Shown one piece after another: positions 57,043 through 64,000 of a stretch of DNA of 64,000 nt; positions within the stretch are counted from its first letter, which is position 1, and every line of letters starts with the position of its first letter. The DNA comes from an uncultured delta proteobacterium. GTDB lineage: Bacteria; Myxococcota; UBA727; VGSZ01. Made by a program: the position numbers and the translations under genes. Location: positions 128,001 to 192,000 of the forward strand of contig CAVZJB010000008.1 of assembly GCA_963775425.1 (NCBI GenBank). Reading direction: 5' to 3'. The notes beneath the pieces are model-generated. The model was not told where the DNA came from, made no database searches, and saw only the letters and a list, made by a program, of their open reading frames with translations.

Positions 57043-57283
57043 CTGCTCGCGAAGCGCACCGCCTGAAGTCCGCGCCGACGTCGCATCGAGGCACGTCGGC
57101 GCGCACACGACCCGCACGAACGCGCCACGTGCGCTGATAGCGGGATCCGCTCGGACCCGCCGTTTCCTCACAACCTGCAGCGGTTCTTGCGCGCCGACGT
57201 GCCTCGCCACGTACTCCGCGCGGCGAGCCACCTTGTGAGCGGCTTCGCCGAGTGCTGCTACGAGCCTTATTTTTCGTCAGCCT
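57043..57283 (+). mobile_element. IS1182-like element, copy 3 (terminal ~240 bp only)
   Basis: Reverse complement of about 50030-50280; ends TTTTTCGTCAGCCT next to the tonB stop codon. Confidence 0.75.
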
Positions 57284-58117
<834 letters not shown>

Positions 58118-58135
58118 ACCGTGATCACGCGGTCC

Positions 58136-58564
58136 TCAGGAGCTCGAGTCGATGTTGAGGGCGAACTTGATGATGCCCTCCTGCTTCACGACGTCGATGA
58201 TGTGGATGACCTCGCCGTGGCTGGCGCTCTTGTCGGCCGCGATGACCGCCTGGATGTCCTTCTTGCCCTCCGCCTTGAGCTGGCGGATGTGGGCGCGCAG
58301 GCCCGCCTCGTCGGACTTCTCGCCGTTCAGGTAGAGCTGGCGGGCGCCCGTGTCCTTGTCGACCGTGTATGTGATCATCACCGAGCTCGGCTCGGTGTGG
58401 TCGCCGGTGGAAGCCTCCGGCAGGTCGACCTTCAAAGAGTCCGCGACGACGTAGCTCGTGGTGACCATGAAGATCACGAGCAGACAGAGCATGACGTCCA
58501 CCAGCGGCGTGACGTTGATGCTGTCGATGAGGCCGTCGTCGTCACCCTTGGCGCTGCCGGCCAT
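58136..58564 (-). CDS. exbD: ExbD/TolR family protein
   Basis: INVTPLVDV..LLVIFMVT, V.LP.A and AD....HG motifs. Confidence 0.92.
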   Translation of the reverse strand: MAGSAKGDDDGLIDSINVTPLVDVMLCLLVIFMVTTSYVVADSLKVDLPEASTGDHTEPSSVMITYTVDKDTGARQLYLNGEKSDEAGLRAHIRQLKAEGKKDIQAVIAADKSASHGEVIHIIDVVKQEGIIKFALNIDSSS

Positions 58565-58567
58565 GGC

Positions 58568-59215
58568 TCAGCCTCCGGCCTTGGGCGGCGTGCCGTCCAT
58601 GTGCGCGAGCAGGACGTGCACCAGCGCCTCGGAGCCGGTCTGCAGCGTTTTGATCTTGCGGTTGAAGAAGTTGTAGACGGCCACCGCGGGGAGAGCGACG
58701 AGGAGGCCGATGGCGGTGGCCGCGAGGGCCTGCGACAGCGTGGCCATCACCGCGCCCGCGCCGACGTTGCCGCCGGACTGCGTGCCGAGCTCGTAGAGCG
58801 CCGAGATGATCTCGAGCACCGTGCCGAAGAGGCCGACGAAGGGGGCGTTGTTGCCGATGGTGCCGAGGAACGCGAGGCCGCGCTCGAAGCGCAGCTTCTC
58901 CATCTTGGACGCCGACTGCGACAGCTCCTCCACGGCGTGCTTGCCGAGGGGGGCGACCTCGAGCGCCGCCCGCAACACCCGCGTCTCGAAGCCCTTGCAG
59001 GTCTCGAGGAGCTTCTGGGCCGCGGTGTAGTCCTTGGCGAGGAGCAGCTTGTTGAGGTCGCCCGCGATGGCGCGGACGTTGTCCTTGTGCGTGGTGAAGA
59101 AGATGACGCGCTCGATCATCACGGCGACGCTGACGACGCTCAAAAACACCAGGAACCACATGGTGGCTTCGCCGGCGCCCGTGCGGGCAAGGCGAACGAT
59201 GAGCTCCGTGATCAT
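58568..59215 (-). CDS. exbB: ExbB/TolQ family proton channel
   Basis: LGTIGNNAPFVGLFGTV and AL.ATAIGL.VA.PA motifs. Confidence 0.92.
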   Translation of the reverse strand: MITELIVRLARTGAGEATMWFLVFLSVVSVAVMIERVIFFTTHKDNVRAIAGDLNKLLLAKDYTAAQKLLETCKGFETRVLRAALEVAPLGKHAVEELSQSASKMEKLRFERGLAFLGTIGNNAPFVGLFGTVLEIISALYELGTQSGGNVGAGAVMATLSQALAATAIGLLVALPAVAVYNFFNRKIKTLQTGSEALVHVLLAHMDGTPPKAGG

Positions 59216-59335
59216 CTCGAATCCTCCAGGTGCGACCAGCGAGAGCGGTCGCGCTGCGAACTGACGCGTGGCCTAGGTTCTCGGCGAGAGGAGGTCAAGG
59301 CGCACACCCTGTGATCCGGGTTAACCTCCGCCCCC

Positions 59336-61515
59336 ATGCTGACCCTCACCTCGCGAATCGAAGCCGTGCAGGTTTACCGCCGCGGCGCCACCATCGTCCG
59401 GACGGCGGTCATCGACGGGCCGCCACCCGACGAGGTGGAGATCGTCGACCTCCCCCTGTCGCTCATCGATCCCACGGTGCGCGTTCGCGTCCTGCCGGGG
59501 CCGGGGCCGGGGGCGGCCGCGGCCGTGTCGGCGTCGGGCGTGCGCGTGGGCCTCTGGGTGCGCAGCGGCGGGGAGCCTCCGAAGGCCCCGGAACAACAGG
59601 AGCTCGAGGCCGTGCGCAAGAGGCTGCGGAGCGCGAGCGAGCAAGCCGCGCACCTCGACAGCGAGGTCGAGCTCCTCGCCAACGTCCCCGTCCCCGACCG
59701 TCCCGAGGGCGAGGAGGGGCGGGCGCCGCCGGCGTCGCCGATGGCGGCGCGGCTGCAGCTCGAGCAGTTCGTCGATGAGGCGACCCGCCAGCGCCTCACC
59801 GAGCGGCGCGCGCTGCGCGACGAGCTGCGTGGCCTCGAGGAGGAGGAGGAGCGCATCCTCGAGCGCATCGCGGCGGCGTCGAGCGCGGCCGAGGTCCACG
59901 TCGAGGAGCTGCGCAAGTGCGCCGTGGTCCGCCTGCGCGCCACCGGCCCCTTGCCGGCGCAGACGCGGCTCGAGCTGTCGTACGTGGTGCCCGGCGCGCG
60001 CTGGGCGCCCGCGTATCAGTGCAAGCTCGCGCGCGACGGCAGCCGGGCCGAGATCCAGTTGCGCGCGTGGGTGGCGCAGAAGAGCGGCGAGGACTGGAAG
60101 GGCGTCAAGATCAGGCTGTCGACGGCGGCGCCGCTCACGTTCACCGAGCTGCCCGAGCTGTCGGCGGTGAAGATCGGCCGCGCCCAGCCGCCGTCGAAGA
60201 AGACCGGCTTTCGCCCGCCGCCCCGCGGCGCCGACGCGCTGTTTCGGGATCACGATCGCGACGCGGCCCTGGCGCGCGCGCTGCTGCCCGCGCCGCGCCC
60301 GTTCTCGCCGCCGTCGTTGGCCGCGCCCCAGGGCCCCCCGGCGACGTCACTCACGAGCCGCGCCAAGAAGGCGAAGGCGCCGCGCGCCGACGCCTCTTCG
60401 CTCGGGGGCGAATTCGCTCCGCTGTCCGCCGCCGACGAGATGGACGACCTCGGGGTGGACGACGACTTCGAGGGCGCGCTCGCGGAGGAGGCGCCTGTCA
60501 TGGAGAGGGCCAAGTCCATGGCCGCGCCGTCGCCGGCGCCCGCGCCGATGATGCCGCGGGGCGCGGGGCCGCCGATGCAGAAGCCCGCGCCGAGCCGCAG
60601 CGGCCGCGCCGCGCCGCGCGCGCCCGACGACGTGCTGCAGGCTGTGGTCTATCCCCTCCTGCGGCTGCCGGCGGCCGTCGACGCGGGCCGCGGCAAGCTC
60701 ATGCCCGTCGACGCGCGCGAGCTGTACGCCGACAGCGTGCAGCGGCTCGCGCGGCCGGTGGGCTTCGACGTGATGAGCGCAGTGCGGGGCGCCGAGGAGG
60801 ACGCGGAGTCGGTGACCGGCCAAGCGCTCCCCGACGGCGCCGTCGACGCCGACGACATCGCCTCGCACTTCGACTTCGCCTACGAGGCCGACGGCGTCGT
60901 CGAGGTCACCGCCGACGGCGGCTTCCACTCCGTCGCCCTCGGCGACCGCCAGAGCGAGGCGCGCATGCGCTACATCGCCGTGCCGCGCGAGGAGCTGTCC
61001 GTGTACCGGGTGGCCATGCTGCAAAACCCCATCCCCGCGCCGCTGTTGCCCGGGCCCGCGGAGATCTACGTCGGCGGCGAATACGTGCTCACCACGAGGC
61101 TGCCCACGGTGCCCGCGCGCGGCGAGCTCAAGCTCGGCCTCGGCGTCGAGCAGGCCATCAAGATCGCGCGCAACACGCGCTTCAACGAGGTGCGCTCGGG
61201 CGAGAAGGTCGTGGCCATGAGCGAGCTGGTGCACGACATAGACGTCGACGTCGTCAACCACCTCGAGCGCGACATCGAGATCGAGGTGCGCGAGCGGGTG
61301 CCGGTGCCGGCCACGGGCGCGGAGGTCGTCGTCGAGGAGCTGCGCGTAGAGCCGCCGTGGCAGCCCTACGACCAGGAGGAACGCGGCCAGCCCATCGACG
61401 GCGGGCGCCGCTGGGAGGTCACGGTGCCCCAGGGAGGCAGGCAGAAGCTCGCGGCGCGGTACGTCGTGAAGATCTACGCCAACAACGAGGTCGTCGGCGG
61501 CAACAGGAGAGAGGC

Positions 61516-61519
<4 letters not shown>
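59336..61519 (+). CDS. DUF4140/DUF4139 (MuiA-like) protein
   Basis: S.I.AV.VY..GA.I.R N-terminus, SY.V..A.W.P.Y, Q.SGEDW..V.L.LSTA, N.....LLPG...Y..G. Confidence 0.85.
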
Positions 61520-63249
<1,730 letters not shown>

Positions 63250-63316
63250 GCGCCCGCGCCGCGGTGCGGCCGGAAGTGCTTGATTTCAAAGAGCCCGATT
63301 GGATCCGGCGGAGGCC

Positions 63317-63344
63317 TTGACGCGTGTGGGACGCGGCCTACAGT
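63317..63344 (+). promoter_or_regulatory. Sigma70-type promoter of groESL
   Basis: TTGACG (63317-63322), 16-nt spacer, TACAGT (63339-63344). Confidence 0.65.
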
Positions 63345-63347
63345 CCG

Positions 63348-63374
63348 CTGGCACTCGCTTCCGCCGAGTGCCAG
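63348..63374 (+). promoter_or_regulatory. CIRCE operator (HrcA binding site)
   Basis: CTGGCACTC-N9-GAGTGCCAG perfect inverted repeat versus the consensus TTAGCACTC-N9-GAGTGCTAA, upstream of groES. Confidence 0.9.
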
Positions 63375-63410
63375 AACCGCTTTCCGTCTCGCGTTGCACC
63401 GGAGCCCGAC

Positions 63411-63698
63411 ATGAAACTGCGTCCCCTCAACGATCGCGTCCTCATCAAGCGCATCGATTCCGAAACGAAGACCGCCGGAGGTCTCTTCATCCCCGACACC
63501 GCCAAGGAGAAGCCCCAGGAGGGCGAGGTGGTCGCCGTGGGCGAGGGCCGCCACCTGGACAACGGCAAGGTCCGTCCGCTCGAGGTGAAGGTCGGCGACA
63601 AGATCTTCTTCCGCAAGTACGCCGGCAACGAGGTCACCCTCGAAAACGTCGAGCACATCATCCTTCGCGAGGAAGAGATCCTCGCGGTCTTTCAGTGA
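63411..63698 (+). CDS. groES: Co-chaperonin GroES
   Basis: [36 protein letters not shown]. Confidence 0.98.
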   Translation: MKLRPLNDRVLIKRIDSETKTAGGLFIPDTAKEKPQEGEVVAVGEGRHLDNGKVRPLEVKVGDKIFFRKYAGNEVTLENVEHIILREEEILAVFQ

Positions 63699-63726
63699 AC
63701 ACACCCAGTGAAGTGAGGTCCATCAG

Positions 63727-64000
<274 letters not shown>

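Overview
Very GC-rich bacterial chromosome segment, most likely Myxococcota/deltaproteobacterial. This is inferred from the gspC(PDZ)-D-E-F-G-H-I-J-K-L-M-N type II secretion cluster with a PilM-like GspL, an ECF/anti-sigma cassette and Cys-rich lipoproteins. Recognisable genes: murI, an isolated tsf, a two-domain ThyX, a 4a-carbinolamine dehydratase, exbB-exbD-tonB, groES-groEL with a CIRCE operator, an S8 lipoprotease, a radical SAM enzyme, a ~15-repeat cadherin/Ig-like secreted protein and two DUF4139/DUF4140 genes. The most striking feature is a family of seven lipoproteins carrying poly-(Gly-Glu) tracts. Four form a tandem paralog array sharing an unnamed disulfide-rich domain. One consists of only a lipoprotein signal peptide plus Cys-Glu-(Gly-Glu)34. 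The same GE tract appears in the C-terminal tail of the secretin GspD, and the T2SS operon carries two extra GspC-like PDZ genes. Intergenic DNA holds several repeat families: GTAG-type REPs including a 77-bp tandem array, three decayed IS1182-like copies that each abut a host stop codon, a hairpin element, and a ~135-bp dispersed element. Regulatory signals include two sigma54-like promoters (one with paired palindromic upstream sites) and several apparently leaderless genes. All calls come from motif recognition by eye; no database searches were run.
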